Positions 41,435 to 50,249 of a stretch of 64,000 nucleotides of DNA are shown here, one piece after another. The number at the start of each line of letters is the position of its first letter. Position 1 is the first letter of the stretch. Both the position numbers and the translations under genes were made by a program. The notes beneath the pieces are model-generated. The model worked only from the letters and a program-made list of their open reading frames with translations. It had not been told where the DNA came from and made no database searches. Source of the DNA: Candidatus Limnocylindrales bacterium (GTDB taxonomy: Bacteria > Chloroflexota > Limnocylindria > Limnocylindrales > CSP1-4); the NCBI GenBank assembly GCA_025450915.1, contig JANWLH010000039.1:12719-76718 (forward strand), read 5' to 3'.

Positions 41435-42799
41435 CTACGGGGCGTTCGGGTCCGTGAAGGACTCCTGCTTCACGAAGACCCAGTCGCCCTTGCCACCGGC
41501 GGCCGTCATGTCGGTCTTGTAGAACGAGATGAACGGCTTGGTGTTGTCACCGTACTTGTCGAAGCTCAGCGTGCCAAGCGCGGTGGTGAAGGTGTTGGCC
41601 GAGTTGACCGCGTTGGCGCGGACGCCTTCGCGGGCGCTGGCCAGGTCCGTGGCGGTGGCCGCGGCCTTGGTCAGCGAGGCAACGATGATCTGGGCGCAGG
41701 CGTAGGCCGCTGCGCTGTAGGCGCCCGGAGCGCCACCGAACTTGGCGGTGTAGTCCGCGACGAACGTGGACCCCGAGGCGAGGTCGTGGGCGGCGCCAAC
41801 GGTGCCGTACACGTTGGCGGCAGCGGCGCCGGCAATCGTGATCGTTGCACCCTGGGTGCCACCCGGGCCGAGGTCAGCCACGCCGTCGGGGCCGACGAAC
41901 GGGATGGTCTCCATGCCGGAAACGGTCCGGCCCTGCTTGAGGGCCAGGCCCATGCCCGTCGGGGTGGTGCCGGCGAGGTAGACGCCCTGCGGGTTCATGG
42001 CCGCGGCGGCCGTGAACAGCGGGGTGTAGTCGGTCGTCGACTTCGGGGCGCTGTCGCGCTTGACGACGGTGCCGCCCAGCTTCTTGAACTCAGCCTCGAA
42101 GCTGTCACCAACGCCGACGCCGAAGGTCTCGGTGTCGTCGATGATGTAGACGCTCGTCTTGCCGAGGTCCTTGTACAGGTAGTCAGCGGCCGACGGGCCC
42201 TGGATGCTGTCCGGGGTGGCCGTGCGGATGTAGCTGATCTTGTCGGGATGGGCCGACCGGTACTGGTCGCCGTCCGGCGGCTGGGTCACCGCGTTGGCGG
42301 TGTTGGCCGGGCTGCACATGAGCAGGCCGGCGCCGTTGCTGATCGGAATCTCCGCCTCGGCAACGCCCGAGTTGAACGGACCGACGACGCCCATGACCGA
42401 CGCGTCGGCGACGAGCGTCTGCATGTTCTTGGCGCCCGTCTGCGGGTCGTGGACGCCGTTCAGGGCGTCGTCCTGGACGTTGGTGGCCAGCTTGCAGCCG
42501 GCGACGCCGCCGGCGGCGTTGACCTGGGCAACGAGAAGCTCGACGCCGTTCTCAGTCGGGACGCCGTTGGCCGTCTCGCCACCGCTCATCGGGAGCTCGG
42601 TGCCGATCTTGACGGTTCCGCCGACGCACCAGGCACCGGGGGTAACCGCTCCACCGGAGCTGGCAGGTGCCGAGCCTACTGGAGCCGAGCTGGCTCCTGA
42701 TCCACTGCTCGCCGCCGGGGGTGTGGTGGCGCTGCCACTACAGGCCGACAGAACGAGCACAGCCGCGGCGCCCAATGCGCCGAGCTTGCCGTACTTCAT
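41435..42799 (-). CDS. livK: ABC transporter substrate-binding lipoprotein (LivK/LivJ-like, type I periplasmic binding fold)
   Basis: Lipobox LVLSACSG, Ser/Ala-rich linker, then a Leu/Ile/Val-binding-protein-like domain. ATG at 42797–42799 follows a GAGGAGGAG Shine-Dalgarno. Confidence 0.8.
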   Translation of the reverse strand: MKYGKLGALGAAAVLVLSACSGSATTPPAASSGSGASSAPVGSAPASSGGAVTPGAWCVGGTVKIGTELPMSGGETANGVPTENGVELLVAQVNAAGGVAGCKLATNVQDDALNGVHDPQTGAKNMQTLVADASVMGVVGPFNSGVAEAEIPISNGAGLLMCSPANTANAVTQPPDGDQYRSAHPDKISYIRTATPDSIQGPSAADYLYKDLGKTSVYIIDDTETFGVGVGDSFEAEFKKLGGTVVKRDSAPKSTTDYTPLFTAAAAMNPQGVYLAGTTPTGMGLALKQGRTVSGMETIPFVGPDGVADLGPGGTQGATITIAGAAAANVYGTVGAAHDLASGSTFVADYTAKFGGAPGAYSAAAYACAQIIVASLTKAAATATDLASAREGVRANAVNSANTFTTALGTLSFDKYGDNTKPFISFYKTDMTAAGGKGDWVFVKQESFTDPNAP

Positions 42800-42821
42800 C
42801 AAATGCTCCTCCTCTTATCAC

Positions 42822-42843
42822 CGTCCGCCGTTCTCGGCGGACG
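42822..42843 (-). promoter_or_regulatory. Perfect 9-bp stem / 4-nt loop hairpin (CGTCCGCCG-TTCT-CGGCGGACG) in the livK 5' leader, 8 nt upstream of the Shine-Dalgarno
   Basis: Direct reading. Position is relative to the livK SD and start. Confidence 0.4.
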
Positions 42844-43161
42844 TTCCCGGTCGATGCCCCTGCTCTTCAAACCGAGGCCCGTCGCCAGCCGCCCTCTTCG
42901 CCCATTCGTCCGTGGCCCAGGATGGGTCAGTCGGGGACGTCGGTGCGGCACAGAAGGTGGCACGGCGATCAAGGCAACGGACGACGCGCAGGTGGCCGCC
43001 GGAGCGATGCCGTATATTAGGCACTGGCGCGTCGATTGCAACACTGCTGTTGGGTGCCCCTTGGGTGGTTGTAGTGCGCTTCGGCGCCCAGCACCGAGAG
43101 GCGCGCTCACGGCGGGGAAACGTCGAGCCGGTCGGATCTCGATCGCCTCTGCCGCAGCCGG

Positions 43162-43659
43162 ATGCGCCACCCTCGTGAGGTCAGGCCCGTCGGCGTGGAC
43201 TACCAGGTTCGGACGGCTCGCATCACCGATGTCGATCGGCTCGTCGCGCTCTTCGCGCCGGGCCTCGACCCGGCCGGCGGGCCGCTCGTGGCAGCCGATC
43301 TTCTGCGGCAGCTCATCTATCTGCCGCAGGCCAGCGTGCTCGTCGTCGAACGGCGGCGGGAGGTCATCGGCGGCGCGGTCCTCGCCCTTCGTCCCTCGGT
43401 GCGCGCCGGCGGATATATCGGCACGATCGACCTGCTGACCGTTGACCAGGACGCCGACGCAGTGAGCGTCACCAACGACCTGCTCGAGGAGATCTTTCGT
43501 TCCGCGCGCAACAAGGGCTGCACCGTCGTCGAGGCGGCGCTGCCCATCGATCCCGGCGAGCGAGCCCGTTGGGAAGATCGTGGCTTCACCATTGGCGGCT
43601 CGCTCATGACCCGGTCCGTGGCGGCCCGCAAGGCCGCCGCGCGCCAGGTCCGAATCTGA
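43162..43659 (+). CDS. Putative GNAT-family N-acetyltransferase
   Basis: 165 aa. Weak GNAT-like motif arrangement (..VLVVERRREVIGGAVLAL.., ..SARNKGCTVVEAAL..). Low-certainty call. Confidence 0.4.
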   Translation: MRHPREVRPVGVDYQVRTARITDVDRLVALFAPGLDPAGGPLVAADLLRQLIYLPQASVLVVERRREVIGGAVLALRPSVRAGGYIGTIDLLTVDQDADAVSVTNDLLEEIFRSARNKGCTVVEAALPIDPGERARWEDRGFTIGGSLMTRSVAARKAAARQVRI

Positions 43660-43717
43660 TCCCCGCCGAGCTGCGCAGCCTGCGCCGGCGGTTCGCACAC
43701 AGGACATAGGAGTCAAC

Positions 43718-45670
43718 GTGGGCAAGAACGTCGCCGTCTTCGTGGACGTCGCGAACATCTTTTATGCGGCCAAGGCCGCCGGCGTCGACATCGATTACGT
43801 GACGCTGTTGAAATCGGCCATCGCCGGACGCGACTTCGTCCGGGCGTACGCCTACACCGGGCTCGACCCGGACAACGAGAACCAGCGCAACTTCCATGCG
43901 TTCCTGGCCCGGCACAGCTACAAGGTCGTGAGCAAGGACATCCGGAAGTACGGCGACGGCAAGGTCAAGGCAAACCTGGATATCGAGCTCGTCGTCGACC
44001 TGATGAAGACCGCCCGCAATCTCGATGTCGCGATCATCGTGTCGGGCGACGGCGACTTCGCGCCGGCCATCCGCGCCGTCCAGGAGATGGGCGTTCGCTG
44101 CGAGGTCATCAGCTTCCGGGGCAACACCAGCTCGGACCTGATCGAGGTCGCCGACCTGTTCACCGACATCACCCAGATCGCCAAGGTCGAGAAGGGCTCG
44201 TCGCGCTCCGGCCGGCGGGTCGCCGATGACGATGAAGACCTGTCGATGACCGAAGTCCCCGACAAGCAGACCGAGGGCACCGGCGTCGGCCGGGGCCGCG
44301 GAACGCGTGGCGGCCGGACCCGGACGACCCGGGTTGGCGAGCCCGAGCCGGTGGCCGCGGCCGCCCGCCCGGCCACTCGTGGTCGCCGGCCCGCCGAGCC
44401 AGCCCTCGAGGTCGCGGCAAGTGCCGCTCCGGTCGCGCCGGCCGCCTTCACGGCTGGCCTGGTGGCATTGCCCGGAGAGAAGCTGTCCAAGGCGGCCATC
44501 GCCGCGGCTGCCCGGGCGGCCGAACCCGTGGCCGTACCGGTCGCGGCGGAGCCCGAGTTCGAGCTCGACATCGAGGAAGAGGAGATCCTTGCCGGCCAGG
44601 CGGCCGGTGGCGAATCCGAGGCCGAGGGCCAGCGCAGGCGGCGCCGTCGTGGTGGCCGTGGCCGCGGTCGCGGTCGGGGCCGGGCAGAGGGCGAGCCCGT
44701 GGCCGGAGCCGTCGCTCCGCCGCGGGAGATCATTGCCCGTCCGCTCGAGCTCGACGAGGACGAGGAAGAAGAGGACATCCCGGTCGCGCCGCGACCGCCG
44801 CGGTCGGCCGCATTCGGCTCCTTCTGGGACAGCCAGATCGGCATGGATCGGGCGCCCGCCGCGAATCTCTCGCCGCTCGACGTCGACGACGAGGACGAGC
44901 CGGCGATCCCCGAGTACCTGATCGCCGAGCAGCGGCGCGGCAACCGGCCGGTCGGCCGGGATGGCCGTCGACCGGGTGGTGGCGGGCCCCAGCGTGGAGG
45001 CCGGGGTGGCGGCTATTCCGCCGCGGTCGACCGCGAGCGCGACGGCCGTGGTGGGGGTGGCGGCGGCGGGATCAACCGCTATCCGGGCGTCTCCGCCCGC
45101 CGGCCCGAGGAGCGTCCCCGGAACGACGATCGGCCGGCGATCGCCCCGCGCCAGGAACGGCCGAAGGGCGGCGACGAGCCGTGGAGCGAGGTTCCGCCCG
45201 AGCTCGAGGCGATGCTCCGGGCCCAGATCGCGGCCAAGCCGGCAAGTCGACCGTCCGGGCGACCGGCAGGTCGTGCGCCGGAGGCAGCACCCGTCGCGGA
45301 AGCCGCTCCGGCAGCAGCAGACGCTCCGGCGGCGGCCCCGGCCCGTCGTGGACGGCCGCCCAAGGCTGCCGCGGCAGCGGTTCCGGCCGAGGCTGCCGGC
45401 GCCGATTCGGCAGCACCGAAGCGTCGGACCGCGACGCGGCGCCCGTCCGAGCCGGTCGTCGCGGCTGCCGAAGCGCCGGCCCCCGAGGATCCAGCGGCTC
45501 GCAAGCGGACCTCGACCCGGTCCGCGGCAGCGACGGCGTCCGCGCCGGCCCCCGAAGCGGCTCCGGCCGCCAAGCGGCGCGGCCCGGCCAAGGCAACGGC
45601 TGCCGAGGCGCCGGCCGAAGCGCCGGCCGCGGCTCCGAAGCGGCGCGCGACCCGGAAGGTTGCCGAGTAA
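43718..45670 (+). CDS. NYN-domain (PIN-like) ribonuclease fused to a ~480-aa disordered tail with RGG/RG repeats, acidic blocks and AT-hook-like RRGRPPK / Ala-Pro-Lys-Arg-rich segments
   Basis: NYN/LabA-like core VAVFVDVANIFY...YAYTG...DIELVVD...VAIIVSGDGDFAPAIRAV. Tail carries GRGRGTRGGRTR, RRRRRRGGRGRGRGRGR, GGGGPQRGGRGGGY, EEEDIPVAP, ARRGRPPKAAAA, KRRGPAKA, PKRRATRKV. GTG start follows an AGGAG Shine-Dalgarno. Confidence 0.7.
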   Translation: MGKNVAVFVDVANIFYAAKAAGVDIDYVTLLKSAIAGRDFVRAYAYTGLDPDNENQRNFHAFLARHSYKVVSKDIRKYGDGKVKANLDIELVVDLMKTARNLDVAIIVSGDGDFAPAIRAVQEMGVRCEVISFRGNTSSDLIEVADLFTDITQIAKVEKGSSRSGRRVADDDEDLSMTEVPDKQTEGTGVGRGRGTRGGRTRTTRVGEPEPVAAAARPATRGRRPAEPALEVAASAAPVAPAAFTAGLVALPGEKLSKAAIAAAARAAEPVAVPVAAEPEFELDIEEEEILAGQAAGGESEAEGQRRRRRRGGRGRGRGRGRAEGEPVAGAVAPPREIIARPLELDEDEEEEDIPVAPRPPRSAAFGSFWDSQIGMDRAPAANLSPLDVDDEDEPAIPEYLIAEQRRGNRPVGRDGRRPGGGGPQRGGRGGGYSAAVDRERDGRGGGGGGGINRYPGVSARRPEERPRNDDRPAIAPRQERPKGGDEPWSEVPPELEAMLRAQIAAKPASRPSGRPAGRAPEAAPVAEAAPAAADAPAAAPARRGRPPKAAAAAVPAEAAGADSAAPKRRTATRRPSEPVVAAAEAPAPEDPAARKRTSTRSAAATASAPAPEAAPAAKRRGPAKATAAEAPAEAPAAAPKRRATRKVAE

Positions 45671-45711
45671 CCAATCTCGGCCAACGGGCCAGGCGCTGAA
45701 AGGCGACGCCA

Positions 45712-46919
45712 TGACCGTCGGGCGGCAGTGGATCACCCGGGCCGCGCCCGGGACGCTCTCCGCTGCCGCCGCGATCGTCGAGGGCGCGGCCGCCCACGCG
45801 GTCCTGATCGCGGGGCCGCCGTCGGTCGGCAAGATGACCCTTGCCGATGACCTCGCCGCCGGCTTGCTGTGCGTTGCTCCGGATCCGGCGAATCGGCCCT
45901 GTCGCGCATGCCGGGGCTGCCGGCTCGTCGCCGGGGCCAATCATCCCGACCTGCACCGGCTGGGTCCCGAAGGGCCCGGCGGCCAGGTGGTGATCGGCGA
46001 CTCGGCGCGGCCCGCCGGGCGTGGCGTTCGCAACCTCGTCGCCAAGCTCGCCTACCTGCCGGTCGAAGGCGGCCATCGCGTCGCGATCGTCGAGCACGCC
46101 GAGCGGATGAACGAGGATGCCCAGAACGCCCTCCTGAAGACGCTCGAAGAGCCTCCGCCGCGGACCACGCTCATCCTGTCCGCCGACGAGGAGGACCGTC
46201 TCCTGCCGACGGTCCGCTCACGCTGCGTCCGGTTGCGCATGGCGCCGCTCGGCATCCGGGCGATCGAGGATCTGCTCGTCGAGCGGGGCGTCGCCGATGC
46301 CTCGGTCGCTGCCCGGCTTGCCCGGATCGCGGCCGGCCGGCCGGGCGTCGCGATGGCCTATGCCCGGCTTCCGGAAGCCGTGACGATCCACGACGAGATC
46401 GCCCGCAGCCTGCTCGACCTCCTGTCGGCGCCGGTGTCGGCGCGGCTCGTCTCCGGGCGGGAGCTGATCGAGCGAGCCGTCGCCCTCGATACCGCGCTTC
46501 GCCCAGTCGAGCCGGCGGTCGTCCCGGCGGCCCGTCTGCCGCGCGGATCTTCGAAGGGTCCTCGCCCGGCAACCCCGGTCCCAACCGCTGATGAGGCCGA
46601 CGCCGGAGGCGAGGCGCCGGCCACCGGCAAGCGCTCACCCGCCGAGCGGCGGCGAGGCGTGCTGGTCCTGCTCGACCTGTGGCGCGACGTGGCCCTCGAC
46701 CTGGCGATTGCCGCCCTGGGTGGCCGCCACGAGGTCCGGGACCCGGCCCTGCTGGACGACCTGGTCGCGAGCGCGAGCATTGTTCGGCCCCAGCAGATCG
46801 GCGCATTCCTCGTCCACCTCGACCGGATCGCCGAGCTCGTCGAGGGCAACACCGGGCCGGAGCTGGCGATCGACGTTCTCGTCCTCGCCTGGCGTCCCGC
46901 CGCCTCCGCCGCGGCCTGA
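45712..46919 (+). CDS. holB: DNA polymerase III subunit delta-prime
   Basis: HAVLIAGPPSVGKMTLA, PCRACRGCRLVAGANHPDL zinc module, NALLKTLEEPPPRTTLIL, VRSRCVRL. Confidence 0.85.
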
Positions 46920-46922
46920 GGC

Positions 46923-47243
46923 GTGGATCCCGGTTCGTCGACCGGCTCGGCGTTCGAGCGCCTCGAAGCGACGGTCACCGGCCGCGTCCAGGCCGTGGGC
47001 TTCCGTGTCTTCGTCGCGAGCCGGGCCGCAACGCTGGGCCTGACCGGCTGGGTCCGGAACGGCTCCGACGGCTCGGTCGAATGCGTCGCCGAGGGGCGCC
47101 GGGCGGATCTCGAGATGCTTCTCGCCGCCCTCGAGCTTGGCCCATCCGGTGCTCGGGTCGATGCTGTCAGCCGTTCCTGGACGGTTGCCACGGGATCATT
47201 CGACCGCTTCTCGATCGCCAGCGGCTGGACCTCCGGCGACTGA
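46923..47243 (+). CDS. acyP: Acylphosphatase
   Basis: VTGRVQAVGFRVF...GLTGWVRNGSDGSVECVAEG matches the acylphosphatase signatures. Confidence 0.8.
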   Translation: MDPGSSTGSAFERLEATVTGRVQAVGFRVFVASRAATLGLTGWVRNGSDGSVECVAEGRRADLEMLLAALELGPSGARVDAVSRSWTVATGSFDRFSIASGWTSGD

Positions 47244-47523
47244 CCCCGGGCAGATTGCCGGACGTTCCTCTGGCAAAACGCGATTCTTCACGGGCGTATG
47301 GTCGGGACTGGGCTCTTTCAGTTCCCCGGACACGGCCGCCTCGCCAGATTCCGTGCTCAACCGAGGCTTGAACGGAGCTCCGCAGGATCCTCGATCGGTC
47401 GCCACCGACATAAGCCGGCCTCATCTCGTGCGTTGACAAAGAACGTCGCAACGAGCCGTTGCGTGGCAAGCCGATCCGGCTCACGATCGCCGCGGCCAGA
47501 CCGACGCTGGGAGGGGGATCCCG

Positions 47524-47804
47524 TGAAGCGGCTTCGCAGCAAGGCAGCCCGCGCATTCGTGCTCTGGACGCTGCTCATCCTTGTCGTGGCGATTCTCCTG
47601 TCCGTGCAGGCGACCGGCAGCCTGATCGTTGCGGGACAGGACTGCTTCTTCAACTACCCGGCGGTGCCCTGCCCGAGCCCAACCGATCCCGCGTTCGTCC
47701 GGCTCACGTTCGTATTCTTCGGACTCCCGCTGATCTGGCTCCTCGGGATCGGCGTTGCCACCGCCGCGCGAGCTTTCCGTAGAAGGGGCCGCGGTTCGCA
47801 ATAG
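47524..47804 (+). CDS. Small membrane protein (2 predicted TM helices)
   Basis: GTG start follows a GGGAGGGGG Shine-Dalgarno. FVLWTLLILVVAILLSV and FVFFGLPLIWLLGIGVATAA. Confidence 0.45.
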
Positions 47805-47948
47805 CGCCGGGGTAGTTAGCAGTCATCGTGGCCGCGGCTGGATCCAGCGCCTGATGGTCTGGCGGTAATCGCCCGTGCGTGGCGGAGGCACGGGGCGCGA
47901 CTTGCGGCCGCTGGTCTGACCGAATCTGTCCAGAAGTGCCCCGACCAG

Positions 47949-47988
47949 CTACCCGGTGGGTAGGGCCACCGGTCGGGCAACTGCCCGG
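47949..47988. terminator. Two short GC-rich hairpins (CTACCC-GGT-GGGTAG; CGGGCA-AC-TGCCCG) in the convergent intergenic gap; possible bidirectional terminator
   Basis: Direct reading. No U-tract, as expected for high-GC genomes. Weak call. Confidence 0.25.
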
Positions 47989-48000
47989 GATTGCGTTGGA

Positions 48001-48792
48001 TCAGGGCAGGCCGCTGATCAGGCCGCCGTCGACCGCGGTGAACGTGCCGGTCTGGTAGCTGGCCAGGTCCGAGGCCAGGTACGTGACGTACGAGGCCAGC
48101 TCGTCCGGACGCCCGTAGCGGCCGGCCGGGATCGTGGCGAGGTGGCCGGCGCGAATGCTCTCGACCGATTGCCCGGTCGTCTCGGCGCGGCCGGCATCGA
48201 GGCTCTCGATCCGCGGAGTCGTAAGGCGCCCGGGCAGGACCCCGTTGATCGTCACGCCGTCGGCGGCCACGGCCCGGGCGGCCGTCTTCAGCCAGGCGGC
48301 GAGCGCGCCCCGGCCGGCATTCGAATAGACGAGATCGGGGATCGGCTGGCGGATGCCGGATGACAGGATCGCCACGATGCGTCCCCAGCCCGACGCGCGC
48401 ATCGCCGGCAGGAGCGCCGTCGCCATCTCGATCGGCGTGGTCGCGAGGAGCTGGAAGGCCCGTCCCCAGCCGGCCGGATCGGTCTTCGTCGGGTCGATGG
48501 CGGGCGGCCCGCCGGCGTTCAGGACGAGGATGTCGACCCGGCCGACGGCCGCGGTCGCCTCGGCGGCAATCCGGGCACCGACCCCCGGGACGCTGGCATC
48601 GCCCGCAAGGCTGATGACTTCGACGCCGTGACGTCGGTGGATCTCGTCGGCGGTCTTCGCCAGGCCGTCCGCGCCGCGGGACCAGATGACGAGGCGGCAG
48701 CCCTCCTCGGCAAGGCGCTCGGCCGTCGCCCGCCCGAGGCCCGAAGAGCCGCCACCGACGAGCGCCGTTCGCCCGCGAATCCCGAGATCCAT
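48001..48792 (-). CDS. SDR-family short-chain dehydrogenase/reductase
   Basis: TALVGGGSSGLGRATAERL (TGxxxGxG), catalytic YSNAGRGALAAWLK (YxxxK). ATG at 48790–48792. Confidence 0.8.
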   Translation of the reverse strand: MDLGIRGRTALVGGGSSGLGRATAERLAEEGCRLVIWSRGADGLAKTADEIHRRHGVEVISLAGDASVPGVGARIAAEATAAVGRVDILVLNAGGPPAIDPTKTDPAGWGRAFQLLATTPIEMATALLPAMRASGWGRIVAILSSGIRQPIPDLVYSNAGRGALAAWLKTAARAVAADGVTINGVLPGRLTTPRIESLDAGRAETTGQSVESIRAGHLATIPAGRYGRPDELASYVTYLASDLASYQTGTFTAVDGGLISGLP

Positions 48793-48931
48793 GTCGTCCT
48801 CCGTCGGCCCTGAACGCGATCCATCGTGCCACGCGCCGGCCGCACGTGCGTCGAGGGGTGGGCCGATTGCCGGGTCGAGCCCGGACGAGTCGGCCATTGG
48901 CGGCCGCTGATCGAGGTGCCAGTCTGACCGT

Positions 48932-49193
48932 GATGGAATCGGGTTCGAATCTGGCTGCCGACCTGCCGATCGTCTACCGCGCCGCCCTGGACGCGGTCGA
49001 CGGGCTCAGCCAGATCGGCCTGCGCCGCGAGGCCACGAAGCTGCGCGACGAGGCGATTCGTGCCTATAGCCGGGCGTGGGACGAGAAGTGCCGGCGAAAG
49101 CTCGAGGAGATCCAGGGCAAGGCCGTTGCCGCCAGCGCCGTCGAGGCGACGCGGACCGGCCGACAGCTGCCGCGGGCAGGCTCGGCCGCCTAA
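48932..49193 (+). CDS. Small hypothetical helical protein
   Basis: 87-aa ORF (MESGSNLAADLPIVYRAALDAV...). No motif recognised. Confidence 0.35.
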
Positions 49194-49253
49194 CCTCGAC
49201 GCGGGCCGGGCGGTCCGGCGGCTGTTCCGGGCACATTCCAGTACGCTCCAGCC

Positions 49254-49559
49254 ATGGCTGGACCCACGATCGGCGCGCTCCTCGAGTCGGCAGTTGCCGC
49301 CGAGGAGGCCCTCGCCGAGCTCGGCGAGACGATCGAGGACGAGTGGTCGTACGTGAATGACCTGCGCCAGGCCTGGACCGATCGGCTCGACGAGGTCGCG
49401 GCTGGGCCGACGGGAGCGCGCGAGGCCAGCCCGGAGATCGTCGACGCGATCGAGCTGGCCATCGAAGAGGCCGGCCTCGTCCACGATCCCCATCGGGCGA
49501 TCGACTGGCTCTCCACCTTGCCCCAGGTAGTCCTCCTCGCCGCCGAATCGCTGGCCTGA
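49254..49559 (+). CDS. Small acidic hypothetical protein (pI very low), translationally coupled to downstream gene
   Basis: 101 aa rich in Glu/Asp/Ala. Stop/start overlap (ATGA) with the 49559 gene. Confidence 0.45.
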   Translation: MAGPTIGALLESAVAAEEALAELGETIEDEWSYVNDLRQAWTDRLDEVAAGPTGAREASPEIVDAIELAIEEAGLVHDPHRAIDWLSTLPQVVLLAAESLA

Positions 49560-50221
49560 TGCGCTTCCAGGACGCGGCGAAGGACGGCCGGGCGGTGGTC
49601 TACGCGGCGATCCAGGCCGATCCGCTCGTGGCCCGAGCCGCCGAGCTCCTCAGCCAGGCGACGCTCGGGGAGCGAATCCTCGCCCGCGCGGTCATGAACG
49701 GCGAATCGACCGACGCCGATCGCTGGCGGCGGATCTTTCCGAGCCTCTTCTCGTCCGCCAGCGCCGAGCGTGCCGTCGAAATCCTCGCGGTTTCGCTCGC
49801 CGTCGCCGACCGCGGCGAGCAGGTCCGAAGCCAGGTTCGCGGCGCGATTGTCGAGGAGCTGACCGCGCGCCTGCTCGCGAGGCGGGCGTCGCCGGCCGCC
49901 GTCCGGCGCGAGCGTCGGATCCTGTTCGACGGCGTGCCCGCCGAGATCCATCCCTACGACGTGACCGTCGAGGCGGCCGGCGCGGGCGAGGCGTTCGATT
50001 GCAAGTGGGGCGCGCGGGGGATCAACGCCGACGTCCTCCACCAGCTCGACGACGCGCGGACCCACGCGCTCGATGAAGACGAGCCGCTCAACGTGGCGAT
50101 CGTGGTCTTCGACGCCGAGCGCTCCTGCCGGGTCCGGCTGGATGCGCAGACGGCGCCCCACGCGCAGACCCGCCTTGTTGCCATCGAGCAGCTGGACACC
50201 CTCGCAGGCCCGCGCCAGTGA
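49559..50221 (+). CDS. Hypothetical protein with possible PD-(D/E)xK nuclease-like motif
   Basis: ..ILFDGVPAEIHPYDVTVEAAGAGEAFDCKWG.. gives an hYD ... ExxDCK spacing resembling the PD-(D/E)xK core. Otherwise unrecognised. Confidence 0.45.
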   Translation: MRFQDAAKDGRAVVYAAIQADPLVARAAELLSQATLGERILARAVMNGESTDADRWRRIFPSLFSSASAERAVEILAVSLAVADRGEQVRSQVRGAIVEELTARLLARRASPAAVRRERRILFDGVPAEIHPYDVTVEAAGAGEAFDCKWGARGINADVLHQLDDARTHALDEDEPLNVAIVVFDAERSCRVRLDAQTAPHAQTRLVAIEQLDTLAGPRQ

Positions 50222-50249
50222 CCGGCGAGTCGCGCCAGTGACCGGCGAG
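50211..50249. repeat. 19-bp direct repeat x2 with 20-bp period (CGCGCCAGTGACCGGCGAG) spanning a gene junction
   Basis: Copy 1 contains the upstream stop TGA. Copy 2 contains the GTG start of the thioesterase. Confidence 0.85.

Noticed and set aside
43604-45940. 778-aa minus-strand ORF antisense to the NYN-tail gene
   Set aside because: It is an Arg/Gly-rich mirror-frame product of the low-complexity tail. The plus-strand gene has a conserved NYN core, an SD and a start, and proper spacing to holB.
48930-48960. tRNA-like T-loop sequence GGGTTCGAATC
   Set aside because: Flanking bases cannot form a T-stem or acceptor stem, and it lies inside an ORF. It is not a tRNA.
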